64,000 nucleotides of DNA from Bacillota bacterium. Lineage in GTDB: Bacteria > Bacillota > Dethiobacteria > SKNC01. The notes under the pieces were generated by a model that worked only from the letters and a program-made list of their open reading frames with translations, was not told the origin of the DNA and did no database searches. Below are positions 40,992 to 49,587 of this stretch, one piece after another (the first letter of the stretch is position 1; each line of letters opens with the position of its first letter). The stretch lies in the NCBI GenBank assembly GCA_007120745.1, contig SKNC01000040.1, positions 3-64,002 of the forward strand, given 5' to 3'. The position numbers were made by a program, and so were the translations under genes.

Positions 40992-42368
40992 TTACAGGTC
41001 CATATAGCGGTTTAGTTCCCACTGGTGAACCGCTTTGCTGTACTGCTTCCACTCCCAGCCTTTGACCGTAAGGTATATATTTAGTATGTGTTCTCCCAGG
41101 GTTTCTTTCATCAGGGAGCTGTTTTTTAATTCCTGCAGGGCTTCATTTAAGTTTTCGGGAAACTTCATGATCCCCCGGTTCTTCTGGGTTTTTCCATCCA
41201 GATCATACATATTTTCTGAGCAGCATTCTGGAGGAGAAATTTTATTCTTTATTCCCTCCATCCCCGCTTTTAAAACAGCGGCAAAAGCCAGGTAGTGATT
41301 GGCCATGGCGTCCGGATTCCTCAGCTCAATCCGGGTGCCCTCCCCGCGGCTGGCGGGGATTCTTACCAGCGGACTTCGGTTCCCTTCGGCCCAGGCAATA
41401 TGGGTTGGAGCCTCAAAGCCGGGCATCAGCCGCTTATACGAATTTACCGTGGGATTGGTAATGGCGGAAAACTCCCGGGCATGTTTTAAAAGGCCTCCGA
41501 TATAATAATAAGCATCCTGGCTCAATCCCTTTTCATCCTCAGGGCAGTGAAAGGTATTTTCTCCATCTTTGAACAGAGACTGGTTCAAGTGCATGCAGTT
41601 TCCGTTTTCATCAGCCAGGGGTTTAGGCATAAAGGTTGCATGCAATCCATGTTCCTTCGCTATGGTTTTTACCACCAGTTTAAACGTGGAAACATTGTCT
41701 GCTGCAGTTAGAGCGTCACTGTATTTGAAGTCCACCTCGTGCTGCCCCGGTGCCACTTCATGGTGTGAAGCTTCGATTTCAAAGCCCATCTCTTCCAGGG
41801 TCAGGCATATGTCTCTCCGGGCATCTTCACCCAGGTCATAAGGAGCCAGGTCGAAATATCCGGCTTTATCATGGGTGCGGGTGCTGCGCACGCCGTTTTC
41901 ATCCGTCTCAAAAAGAAAAAACTCCACTTCCGGTCCCATGAAAAGCTCATAGCCCATGCTTTTAAGTTCCTTTAAAACCTTTTTCATGACACTCCGTGGA
42001 CAGCCTTCAAAGGCCTCCCCCTCCGGAGTATGAACGTCACAGATTAATCGTGCGGTCTTAGTCCCTTTCCGGGACCTCCAGGGGAATATGGTAAAGGTGG
42101 AGGGGTCCGGGGCCAGAAACATGTCGGATTCTTCCACCCGGGCAAATCCCTTAATGGAAGACCCATCAAACATAATCTGATTGTCCAGGGCATTATCCAG
42201 CTGTTTGGAGTTAATTGAAACGTTTTTTAACTGGCCAAAAATATCTGTAAACTGCAGCCGAATAAACCTGACGTTCTCCTTCTCCACAATTTTCTTTACC
42301 TCTTTCTTCATTTCCTTTGTCTGGTCACTGTCCGGTTCCAAAATCATCATCTCCTGTTCATTTTTCAT
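40992..42368 (-). CDS. glnA: Glutamine synthetase type I (start codon uncertain)
   Basis: RLQFTDI, FDGSS, GPEVEFF, HHEVAPGQHE, TFMPKP, GFEAP, NRSPLVRIP. Confidence 0.92.
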   Translation of the reverse strand: MKNEQEMMILEPDSDQTKEMKKEVKKIVEKENVRFIRLQFTDIFGQLKNVSINSKQLDNALDNQIMFDGSSIKGFARVEESDMFLAPDPSTFTIFPWRSRKGTKTARLICDVHTPEGEAFEGCPRSVMKKVLKELKSMGYELFMGPEVEFFLFETDENGVRSTRTHDKAGYFDLAPYDLGEDARRDICLTLEEMGFEIEASHHEVAPGQHEVDFKYSDALTAADNVSTFKLVVKTIAKEHGLHATFMPKPLADENGNCMHLNQSLFKDGENTFHCPEDEKGLSQDAYYYIGGLLKHAREFSAITNPTVNSYKRLMPGFEAPTHIAWAEGNRSPLVRIPASRGEGTRIELRNPDAMANHYLAFAAVLKAGMEGIKNKISPPECCSENMYDLDGKTQKNRGIMKFPENLNEALQELKNSSLMKETLGEHILNIYLTVKGWEWKQYSKAVHQWELNRYMDL

Positions 42369-42369
42369 T

Positions 42370-42397
42370 AAAAAGACGCTGTTCCTGCCAGCGTCTT
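42370..42397 (-). terminator. Terminator-like hairpin in the glnA 5' leader
   Basis: AAGACGCTG-GCAGGAA-CAGCGTCTT followed by TTT, between the promoter and the CDS. Confidence 0.6.
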
Positions 42398-42411
42398 ACA
42401 CCTTCGTATAT

Positions 42412-42451
42412 ATTGTATCAAAAATAACCGCCCATCTCAAAAAGGCTGACA
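42412..42451 (-). promoter_or_regulatory. glnA sigmaA promoter with an overlapping GlnR/TnrA-like box
   Basis: TTGAGA-N17-TACAAT with extended TG; TGTCA-N7-TGAGA against TGTNA-N7-TNACA (one mismatch). Confidence 0.65.
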
Positions 42452-42575
42452 CCGCCTCAGGGCATATTATGTGCTGTGAGGCCGATTTCAGGTTCTTCAG
42501 GGAGCTTATTTAGATATATAGTGTCCGGTACTCTTCAGCAGAGACCCGGGTTAACTTCAAAAAGTCATGAAGAAG

Positions 42576-42767
42576 CTATTTTTTCCCCTTCCCCCCGAAA
42601 AGACGCAGCGTGGTTCGTTTATTGGGGCATAGATTTCCCTCCAGCCCCTTTCGGGAGTAATACTTCATCCATCCCCTGGCGGCCCTGAGGTTTACCTGGT
42701 CTTTAGAGAGACAGCAGGTTACCGGTTCCGTTTTTTTGTCGGGGCTTTCCTTTTTGTCTTTTTTCAT
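42576..42767 (-). CDS. Small basic hypothetical protein (63 aa)
   Basis: Strong AGGGGAGG SD before ATG; MKKDKKESPDKKTEPVTCCLSKDQVNLRAARGWMKYYSRKGLEGNLCPNKRTTLRLFGGKGKK. Confidence 0.55.
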   Translation of the reverse strand: MKKDKKESPDKKTEPVTCCLSKDQVNLRAARGWMKYYSRKGLEGNLCPNKRTTLRLFGGKGKK

Positions 42768-42926
42768 GGCTTCCTCCCCTTTCCTTTGCGTTTGGTTCAA
42801 ACTCCCGCTTTTCCTTTCCGGGATGCAGCCGTTATTACGGTTTATTATGTTCCATGGAATCCCTGGATCCTTCACAATCACCCGCCATCATACGGTTTAC
42901 CTCTCTGGGAAGAAGCCGCTGTATGC

Positions 42927-43406
42927 TCAGCGATGATAAGGTTCCCCCCGGTTTATTTTAAATGCCCGGTACAGCTGTTCTAAAAGGATCAGTCTCATCA
43001 GCTGATGGGGAAAGGTCAGTGGGGAAAAAGAGAGCAGCAGGTCAGCTCTTGTCTTTACTTCGGGGGAAAGCCCCAGGGCCCCTCCCACCGCAAAAGAGAT
43101 TTTACTCCTTCCCTGCAGGGCACACCGTTCCAGCTGGCCCGCCAGTTCTTCTGAAGAAAGGAGGTGCCCTTCCACTGCCAGTACAATGAAGAAGGAGTCG
43201 GGGTCCAGCAGTTTCAGGACCCTTTCTCCTTCTTTTTGCATGCATATTTCTTCCCGGGCAGCAGAAACCTTTTCCGGAATCTTCTCGTCCATCACCTCAA
43301 GGATATCAATTCGGGCATACTTTCTCAGGCGTTTCAAATAATCTGAAACCCCCTGCTGTACATATTTTTCCTTGAGCCTGCCCACGGTTATTATTTTAAA
43401 CTGCAT
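42927..43406 (-). CDS. rlmH: 23S rRNA pseudouridine-1915 N3-methyltransferase
   Basis: VGRLKEKY, FAVGGALG, TFPHQLMRLILLEQLYRA, GEPYH. Confidence 0.98.
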   Translation of the reverse strand: MQFKIITVGRLKEKYVQQGVSDYLKRLRKYARIDILEVMDEKIPEKVSAAREEICMQKEGERVLKLLDPDSFFIVLAVEGHLLSSEELAGQLERCALQGRSKISFAVGGALGLSPEVKTRADLLLSFSPLTFPHQLMRLILLEQLYRAFKINRGEPYHR

Positions 43407-43537
43407 AGCCCATGCCTTTCTCCAATCGTTACGTTTCCTATTTATTCCCCTACGTTATGGGGTTACGGCACCAAGACCCTGCCGCAGAGAGTGATGATGA
43501 CGGCCAGTAAAAAAACCTGAATTACATAGTCCTACCA

Positions 43538-44680
43538 TTACGGCATTTCTTCAAAGGTCAGTTCTATTTCCTGTTCTTCGCCATTTCTGAAAATTTTAAT
43601 GGTTACCACCTGGCCCACTTCATACTGGTGGACCACCTCCCGGAGACGGTTCAGGTTCTGAATTTGTTTGCCATCAATTTCTAAAATGACATCTCCCGCC
43701 TGCATACCTGCCTTTTGGGCCGGTCCGCCATCCACGATTTCCTCGACAATTAATCCCTGTCCCGGGGTTAACCCCAGTTCCGCTGCAGTATTCTCATCCA
43801 GCTCCCGAATCACCACTCCAATCCAGGGACGTATGATTCTGCCGTGTTCAATTAAATCATTGACAATTTTCTTGACGGTATTGCTGGGAATGGCAAATCC
43901 CATACCTTCAACCCCTGGCACATTAATTTTGGCGGTATTAATTCCAATTACGTCCCCTGCTGCATTGACCAGGGGGCCTCCGCTGTTTCCGGCATTGATG
44001 GCGGCATCCGTCTGAATGAAAGAAAACGTCTGCTCTCCAATACGGATAGAGCGGTCCAGGGCACTGACGACTCCCACCGTCACTGACTGCTGAAAAGCCA
44101 GGCCCAGGGGATTCCCGATGGCAATGGCCAGCTCCCCTACCTGCAGCTGATCGGAATCGCTAAAACCGGCCGCCGGAAGGCCGGTCCTGTTAATCTTTAT
44201 GACCGCCAGGTCCGTTGCAGGATCTGTGCCCACTACCTCCGCGGCAACTTCCTCTCCATCCGCCAGAGTAACCAAAAGCTCTTCTGCATTGTCAATCACA
44301 TGATTGTTGGTGGCAATATAACCGTTGGAATCAATAATTACCCCGGAGCCGGTGGCTGTTTCCTGCAGCCGGGTTCTTCCCTGGAAGAAGTCATGTGCAG
44401 TAGCCATGCTGGTAATACCCACGACTGTGGGGGTAATCTTTTCCGCCGCCTGAACCACAGAGGTTCTCTGGTATTCATGGTAATCATCTTCCGCTGCCCC
44501 GGGAGATTCCCAATCCACAGGGGGCCTGTCCCCATTCAATGCTTCTCTCCGGTCCAAAATATCCGGTAGACAGTATGATACCAGTAAACCGCCAAGGAAA
44601 ACTCCGATAATAATCATGGCAATATACGGGAAAATTCTATTTCTCCCGGATTTTCGCTGATAGTTATCATAAGAGTCCAC
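43538..44680 (-). CDS. htrA: HtrA/DegP-family serine protease with PDZ domain
   Basis: TNNHV, TDLAV, GNSGG catalytic triad, N-terminal TM segment and PDZ. Confidence 0.96.
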   Translation of the reverse strand: MDSYDNYQRKSGRNRIFPYIAMIIIGVFLGGLLVSYCLPDILDRREALNGDRPPVDWESPGAAEDDYHEYQRTSVVQAAEKITPTVVGITSMATAHDFFQGRTRLQETATGSGVIIDSNGYIATNNHVIDNAEELLVTLADGEEVAAEVVGTDPATDLAVIKINRTGLPAAGFSDSDQLQVGELAIAIGNPLGLAFQQSVTVGVVSALDRSIRIGEQTFSFIQTDAAINAGNSGGPLVNAAGDVIGINTAKINVPGVEGMGFAIPSNTVKKIVNDLIEHGRIIRPWIGVVIRELDENTAAELGLTPGQGLIVEEIVDGGPAQKAGMQAGDVILEIDGKQIQNLNRLREVVHQYEVGQVVTIKIFRNGEEQEIELTFEEMP

Positions 44681-44917
44681 GTTTATCCACCTCGCCTGCG
44701 CACGTTCACTGAAGCTAAACAGAGAACATGCTTTTTTTAACTAAAATTATCTATTCTGCTCATGTATCCTGGTCACTGCTTAGCCTTACCTGCAGTAATG
44801 TAGGTTGATTATATCAAATTTTGGTAGAAAGGACAATAACAGTCCCGGGAACTCTATTATTATTAAGGAAGTTTAACGTATCGTGGGATATTAATTTTAA
44901 CCATTTATTTTGCTTGT

Positions 44918-45532
44918 TCATTCTTCTCTTTTCAGGTGGCAGGTATCATTAAAATAAATCAAGACCCTCCTGCCCTCCCGGTTCATCTCCAGAAGAGAAA
45001 TTGAACCGTGGGAAAAGCGGAAAGGCCAGCTTTTTTTTGGGTGCATTCCCAGAAACCCCACCATGAAAGCATTTAAAAATCTTCCATGACTGACCAGCAG
45101 CACCTTTTTCCCGACAAAAGCCCCGCAGAAAAAGTTGATGGTTCGTATCACCCGGTTCCAGAAGATATCAAAGGGTTCCTGTCCGGGGATGGAGCCCCTT
45201 TGGAAGCCTCTTCTCAGGCTGTAAGCCAGGTCCGGGTGCTCCCTTTGAATCTGCTCTCCGGTCAGCCCCTCCAAAATACCCCAGCTAAATTCCGTTAAAG
45301 AGCTTAAAACCCGAACCTCCTGGTTATGGGGCCGGGCAATGATTTCTGCAGTGTCGTAGGCACGGCGCAGGGGACTGCTGTAAACCGCATCAATAGAAAG
45401 GGAAGCCAGACGGCATGAGGTCTGCTGCGCTTCCTGCTTACCCGTCAGGCTTAAGGGATAGTCTATACACCCCTGAAAACGATTTTCTTTGTTGGCCTCT
45501 GTACAGCCGTGTCTCACCAGATATAGTTTCAA
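44918..45532 (-). CDS. Histidine phosphatase (phosphoglycerate-mutase family)
   Basis: LVRHG, SSPLRRA, VSHG. Confidence 0.9.
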   Translation of the reverse strand: MKLYLVRHGCTEANKENRFQGCIDYPLSLTGKQEAQQTSCRLASLSIDAVYSSPLRRAYDTAEIIARPHNQEVRVLSSLTEFSWGILEGLTGEQIQREHPDLAYSLRRGFQRGSIPGQEPFDIFWNRVIRTINFFCGAFVGKKVLLVSHGRFLNAFMVGFLGMHPKKSWPFRFSHGSISLLEMNREGRRVLIYFNDTCHLKREE

Positions 45533-45570
45533 AGCAGAATGTCCTTCCTAAAAAAACATACTACCTTAAA

Positions 45571-46830
45571 CTACTCCTGCCGAACTCTTTTTATTCCTGC
45601 TCCGATCCTGTTAAATTTTTCCTCGATTTTTTCGTATCCCCGGTCGATATGCTCAATTCCGCTGACTGCGGTTTCACCTTCTGCCAGCAGCCCGGCGATA
45701 ATCAGAGCTGCGCCGGCTCTAAGGTCCGTTGCTTTCACCGGGGCACCGGTCAGGCCGCAGCCTCCTTCCACGATGGCGGACCTTCCGTCCACCCGGATAT
45801 TGGCTCCCATCCGCTTCAGCTCATCCACGTGTTTAAACCTGCCCTCAAAAACATTTTCGGTAATGACGCTGGTTCCCCTGGCCCGGGTCATGATCGGCAT
45901 GAACAGCGCCTGAAGGTCCGTAGGCAGCCCGGGGTAAGGGAAGGTCTTAATGTTAATGGGTTGGGGGCAGGAACATCCCTTCACATGAATCCAGTCTTCT
46001 CCCACCTCCAGGTCCACCCCCAGCTCCTTCAATTTGGCGGTAACTGATTCCAGGTGCTTGGGAATAACTTCCTTGACCAGCACGTTCCCATTGGTGCTGG
46101 CCGCAGCCATAATAAAAGTGCCGGCCTCTATGCGGTCTGGAATGACCATGTGGGCCGTCCCCTGAAGTTTTTTGACTCCGCAGATTTTAATTTCATCCGT
46201 ACCGGCGCCCACAATATCGGCGCCCATGGCGTTTAAAAAGTTGGCAATATCCACGATTTCCGGTTCTTTGGCCACGTTCTCCAGGACAGTTTTCCCCCGG
46301 GCAGTTACCGCAGCCAGCATCAAGTTGACGGTAGCCCCCACGCTGACTACATCCAGGTAAATCTGTGTTCCTGTCAGCTGCTCCGCCTCAATCTGGATGA
46401 ACCCGTGTTGAATGTCCACCCTGGCCCCCAGGGCCTGAAAACCTTTTATGTGCTGGTCTATGGGGCGAGGACCCAGGGGACAGCCCCCGGGCAGGGGGAT
46501 GACCGCCCTCTTAAAGCGGGTCAGGAGGCTTCCCAGGAAATAATAGGAGGCCCGAAGCTTGCTGACCAGCTCATAGGGAGCCTTCCAGCTGTGAACTTTT
46601 TCCGGGTAGATGGTTATACTTCTGGAACCGTTGGTCTTAACCTCGGCACCCAGGTACTGTATCAATTCTATTAAGGTAAAAATATCATCAATGTGTGGTA
46701 GGTTTTCTACCGTTACAGGAGTGTCTGCCATCAGTGCAGCGGGCAAAATGGCTACTGAAGAATTCTTGGCTCCGCTGGTTACCACTTCTCCTTCCAGGGT
46801 AACTGTTCCGTTTATCACAAAATGATCCAT
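45571..46830 (-). CDS. murA: UDP-N-acetylglucosamine 1-carboxyvinyltransferase (MurAB-like)
   Basis: GAKNS, LRASYY, PGGCPLGPRPIDQH (active Cys), DRIEAGT, TDLRAGA. Confidence 0.97.
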   Translation of the reverse strand: MDHFVINGTVTLEGEVVTSGAKNSSVAILPAALMADTPVTVENLPHIDDIFTLIELIQYLGAEVKTNGSRSITIYPEKVHSWKAPYELVSKLRASYYFLGSLLTRFKRAVIPLPGGCPLGPRPIDQHIKGFQALGARVDIQHGFIQIEAEQLTGTQIYLDVVSVGATVNLMLAAVTARGKTVLENVAKEPEIVDIANFLNAMGADIVGAGTDEIKICGVKKLQGTAHMVIPDRIEAGTFIMAAASTNGNVLVKEVIPKHLESVTAKLKELGVDLEVGEDWIHVKGCSCPQPINIKTFPYPGLPTDLQALFMPIMTRARGTSVITENVFEGRFKHVDELKRMGANIRVDGRSAIVEGGCGLTGAPVKATDLRAGAALIIAGLLAEGETAVSGIEHIDRGYEKIEEKFNRIGAGIKRVRQE

Positions 46831-46974
46831 TCTAAAATGTGCCTCCCGTGCAAAATATATGGGCGTGTTATTTTAAACCTATTCTGCAGAAAGTGTCGTT
46901 TCCCTTCCTGATTTACAAAAATAAGTAAAGTGGGGATAAAAAATTCTCAGGGGTTCCGGATTCAAAAAGTAAAA

Positions 46975-47892
46975 TTAGAAAAGTTTATCCTCCATTCCCT
47001 CCTGTTCACCGGTGTACGCATTAATGTAATAAACCCTGCCGTTTGACAGGCGAATGCGCCAGACCGGAACCATATCCCACTTCTGAGCATCAAAGGCCTG
47101 GCTGTAGTATCCCAGATTCACTGATTCCACCGCCTGCCTTTCCGAAGAAGGGGAAAGAGTATCTGCCAGCCTGGACAGCGCTGCCGCCGCAGAAATGGTG
47201 CTGATTTCCTGCCCGCTGAAACCCTGAGGGTCCAGCCAATACATTTCCAGCTGCTGAATTCCCCGGGGGGTGATCCAAACGTTGAGGTATCCTCCGTACA
47301 GGGAATGATTTTTATAAACCTGGTGATAGGTTGCCAGGTACCTGTCTTCTTCCAGGCAATATACCTCCTCCAGCCGGGCATCCGGTGGAAACAGCTGCAC
47401 ATCCCGAAGAGCTTCTTCCGCCAAAGACACCGCCGCACTTTCGTCTAATTGGGATTCCTCAAAATTTTCGATTTCCCCGGGAGCCTCCGGTTCCTGCGGC
47501 TCCTGGGGAAATTCCTGGAGGAAGGAAATCCTGCCATTTTCCCAAAGGGAAAGCTTTTTTGACGACTGCTGATAAACACTGACCCTGCCTTCTTCCTCCG
47601 TCTCCAGTTGAATCGAAAGCTCCGGGTCTAATAAACCTGCGGTCAGGGTTTCCTGGTCCTGTATCCTGTTGCTGACGGTAAGAAAGGACATGGAGAAGGT
47701 CTGCCGTGAAAAAGATGCCTTTAATTCCAGGTTAACGGAATCCAGGTTGTCCCTGGCCTGCTCAACTTCTCTCTGGCTCACCACCCGGGAGGGAAAATGC
47801 ATATAGAATTCTTCCCAAATGCTGTATCCCAAAAAAAGATTTAGCGCCAGAAAAGTCAATATCAAGATGTTCTTGGCTCTGGACCATTCCAT
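46975..47892 (-). CDS. yycI: WalK regulatory protein YycI
   Basis: MEWSRAKNILILTFLALNLFL N-terminus and PVWRI...YINA C-terminus; follows yycH. Confidence 0.88.
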   Translation of the reverse strand: MEWSRAKNILILTFLALNLFLGYSIWEEFYMHFPSRVVSQREVEQARDNLDSVNLELKASFSRQTFSMSFLTVSNRIQDQETLTAGLLDPELSIQLETEEEGRVSVYQQSSKKLSLWENGRISFLQEFPQEPQEPEAPGEIENFEESQLDESAAVSLAEEALRDVQLFPPDARLEEVYCLEEDRYLATYHQVYKNHSLYGGYLNVWITPRGIQQLEMYWLDPQGFSGQEISTISAAAALSRLADTLSPSSERQAVESVNLGYYSQAFDAQKWDMVPVWRIRLSNGRVYYINAYTGEQEGMEDKLF

Positions 47893-47904
47893 GGTTACAC
47901 CCCT

Positions 47905-49587
47905 CTATCTAAATTCCTGCAGCGGGAGCACTTCTCCGCTCCGTGCATTGACCTTTACTGTATACCTGTCGTCAATTTCTATGTTCCAGAAAGGCTGCAG
48001 AGATTCTTCACCGGATTTCGTCGCGGGTCTGTACAGCAGGTGTATTCCACTAACCCGCCTGGGATTTTCTTTCTGAAAGAACTCCGGTAAAGTAGTATGC
48101 ACCCGGGAAAGGGCTGCGGCCGCATCCACCTCCAGAAGGCTTTCAAGTCCCGGAGACAGCTGGTAGGTTTGGCAGGTATAACTGACCAGTCCCTGCCGGT
48201 CATACACCAGTTCTACGGTAAAGACTTCCGGGTCCAGGGCCAGCCCTCCGCAGTAGCCCTTCATTCTCATCTGGTAATATTCTTTGTTATCTATAAATAC
48301 CGGTTTCAATTCATTAATTTTCAGCTGCACTTCATCAGGCAGTTCAACGTACAGGCTGACATACTCTGCTCCGATTTCCAAGGCTTCCCGGTAAGACAGC
48401 CTTTTTCCGGCAGCTCTCTGCAGGGGTGCTGTGTATTCCACCATCCCCTGGGAACTGATACGCAGGCCTTTTTGTCCGTCCGTAAAGATGATTGCCTCGT
48501 CTCTCTCCTTAATCTGCCTTACCAGGGAAAGGTCCAAAAAGAATTTTTTGGCCACTAATTCTGCATCTAAATCTCTGCTGAAGTAAAAGTCCGAAAGTGC
48601 AGGGACCGTATCCCACACGAATACTTCCTCAAAAACCATCTGTCCTTTCAAAGAAAATGGAGCTTCGACGATAAGGTCTGATAGAAGAGTATGGTCCGGC
48701 TCTTCCTGTTCAGACAGTTCCTTTAGTTGATTAAAGAGAGGGAAAACAGTTATATTCCAGTTTACCTGAAAGAAGTTTCCCTGGGAATCTTTACAAAAGA
48801 CCAGGGGCTGTTCTCCGTAAACCAAATAAAAGGTTTGAATCAAGGGAAATTCCTGAACTCCTGTAAATGATATTTGGGCGGGGAAAAACAATTCGGCATC
48901 AAAGGGGGCGTTAAAGGCTATTTCCAGATAAGGGTCACTCCCCTCCTCCAGCCCGGTAATAATTTCTTCCTGGTCAACCGATTTTAAGGTTACCGACTGC
49001 ACCCTGCTCAGCTGTTGGATAAAGGAATCCCACAACAGCCTATACTTCTCTTGAAAAGGAGTAAATATATAACTTCTTCGGGGAGGATGTGAGGTTTCGT
49101 TAACTTCCTCTTCGGACTCAGGTTCGCGGTCAGCGGATCCGTTCCCTTGGTTTTCGTCCCCGTGGTTTTCCTGCTCCCCGGGTTCTTCCTCAGCAGGAGC
49201 CCCTGCCCCCGGGTCTTCACCCTGGACAGCTTCTTCGGTTTCTTCTTCAGGGACGCCTGCCTCCGTTTCTCCCACTTCTTCCGCTTCTTCTCCAGGGATG
49301 CCCGCCCCCGTTTCCCCCGGCTCAGAAGATTCCTCTTCCCCGGTATCTTCCCGGGCTGGGATTTCCTCTATTCCAGACGGGTCAGGAGAAAGCTGCTCCG
49401 GGAAAAAGGCAATCTTTTTGGGAAGCAGCAGATTCACCACGGAGGAGGGTTCCCCCAGAGGTTCCCGCTCGTAAATGGGCAGGGTTATGGCCTCATAGTC
49501 GGGAGTTCCAAACCAGAGGTAATAGCTGAAAACAAGGCTTAAAAAAATTAAAAATGCCAGGAAACCGGTTTTATATTTCTCCCACAT
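47905..49587 (-). CDS. yycH: WalK regulatory protein YycH with an acidic low-complexity insertion
   Basis: N-terminal TM (WEKYKT..LAFLIFLS...YLW), AIIFTDGQKGLRI; directly after walK. Start refined to MWEK. Confidence 0.8.
   Translation of the reverse strand: MWEKYKTGFLAFLIFLSLVFSYYLWFGTPDYEAITLPIYEREPLGEPSSVVNLLLPKKIAFFPEQLSPDPSGIEEIPAREDTGEEESSEPGETGAGIPGEEAEEVGETEAGVPEEETEEAVQGEDPGAGAPAEEEPGEQENHGDENQGNGSADREPESEEEVNETSHPPRRSYIFTPFQEKYRLLWDSFIQQLSRVQSVTLKSVDQEEIITGLEEGSDPYLEIAFNAPFDAELFFPAQISFTGVQEFPLIQTFYLVYGEQPLVFCKDSQGNFFQVNWNITVFPLFNQLKELSEQEEPDHTLLSDLIVEAPFSLKGQMVFEEVFVWDTVPALSDFYFSRDLDAELVAKKFFLDLSLVRQIKERDEAIIFTDGQKGLRISSQGMVEYTAPLQRAAGKRLSYREALEIGAEYVSLYVELPDEVQLKINELKPVFIDNKEYYQMRMKGYCGGLALDPEVFTVELVYDRQGLVSYTCQTYQLSPGLESLLEVDAAAALSRVHTTLPEFFQKENPRRVSGIHLLYRPATKSGEESLQPFWNIEIDDRYTVKVNARSGEVLPLQEFR
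49230..49319 (-). repeat. Two degenerate 45-bp in-frame repeats inside yycH
   Basis: Encode GETGAGIPGEEAEEV and GETEAGVPEEETEEA. Confidence 0.75.

Noticed and set aside
42560-42950. Integrated element at the rlmH 3' end
   Set aside because: No downstream duplicate of the GAACCTTATCAT end and no recombinase; the site looks empty.
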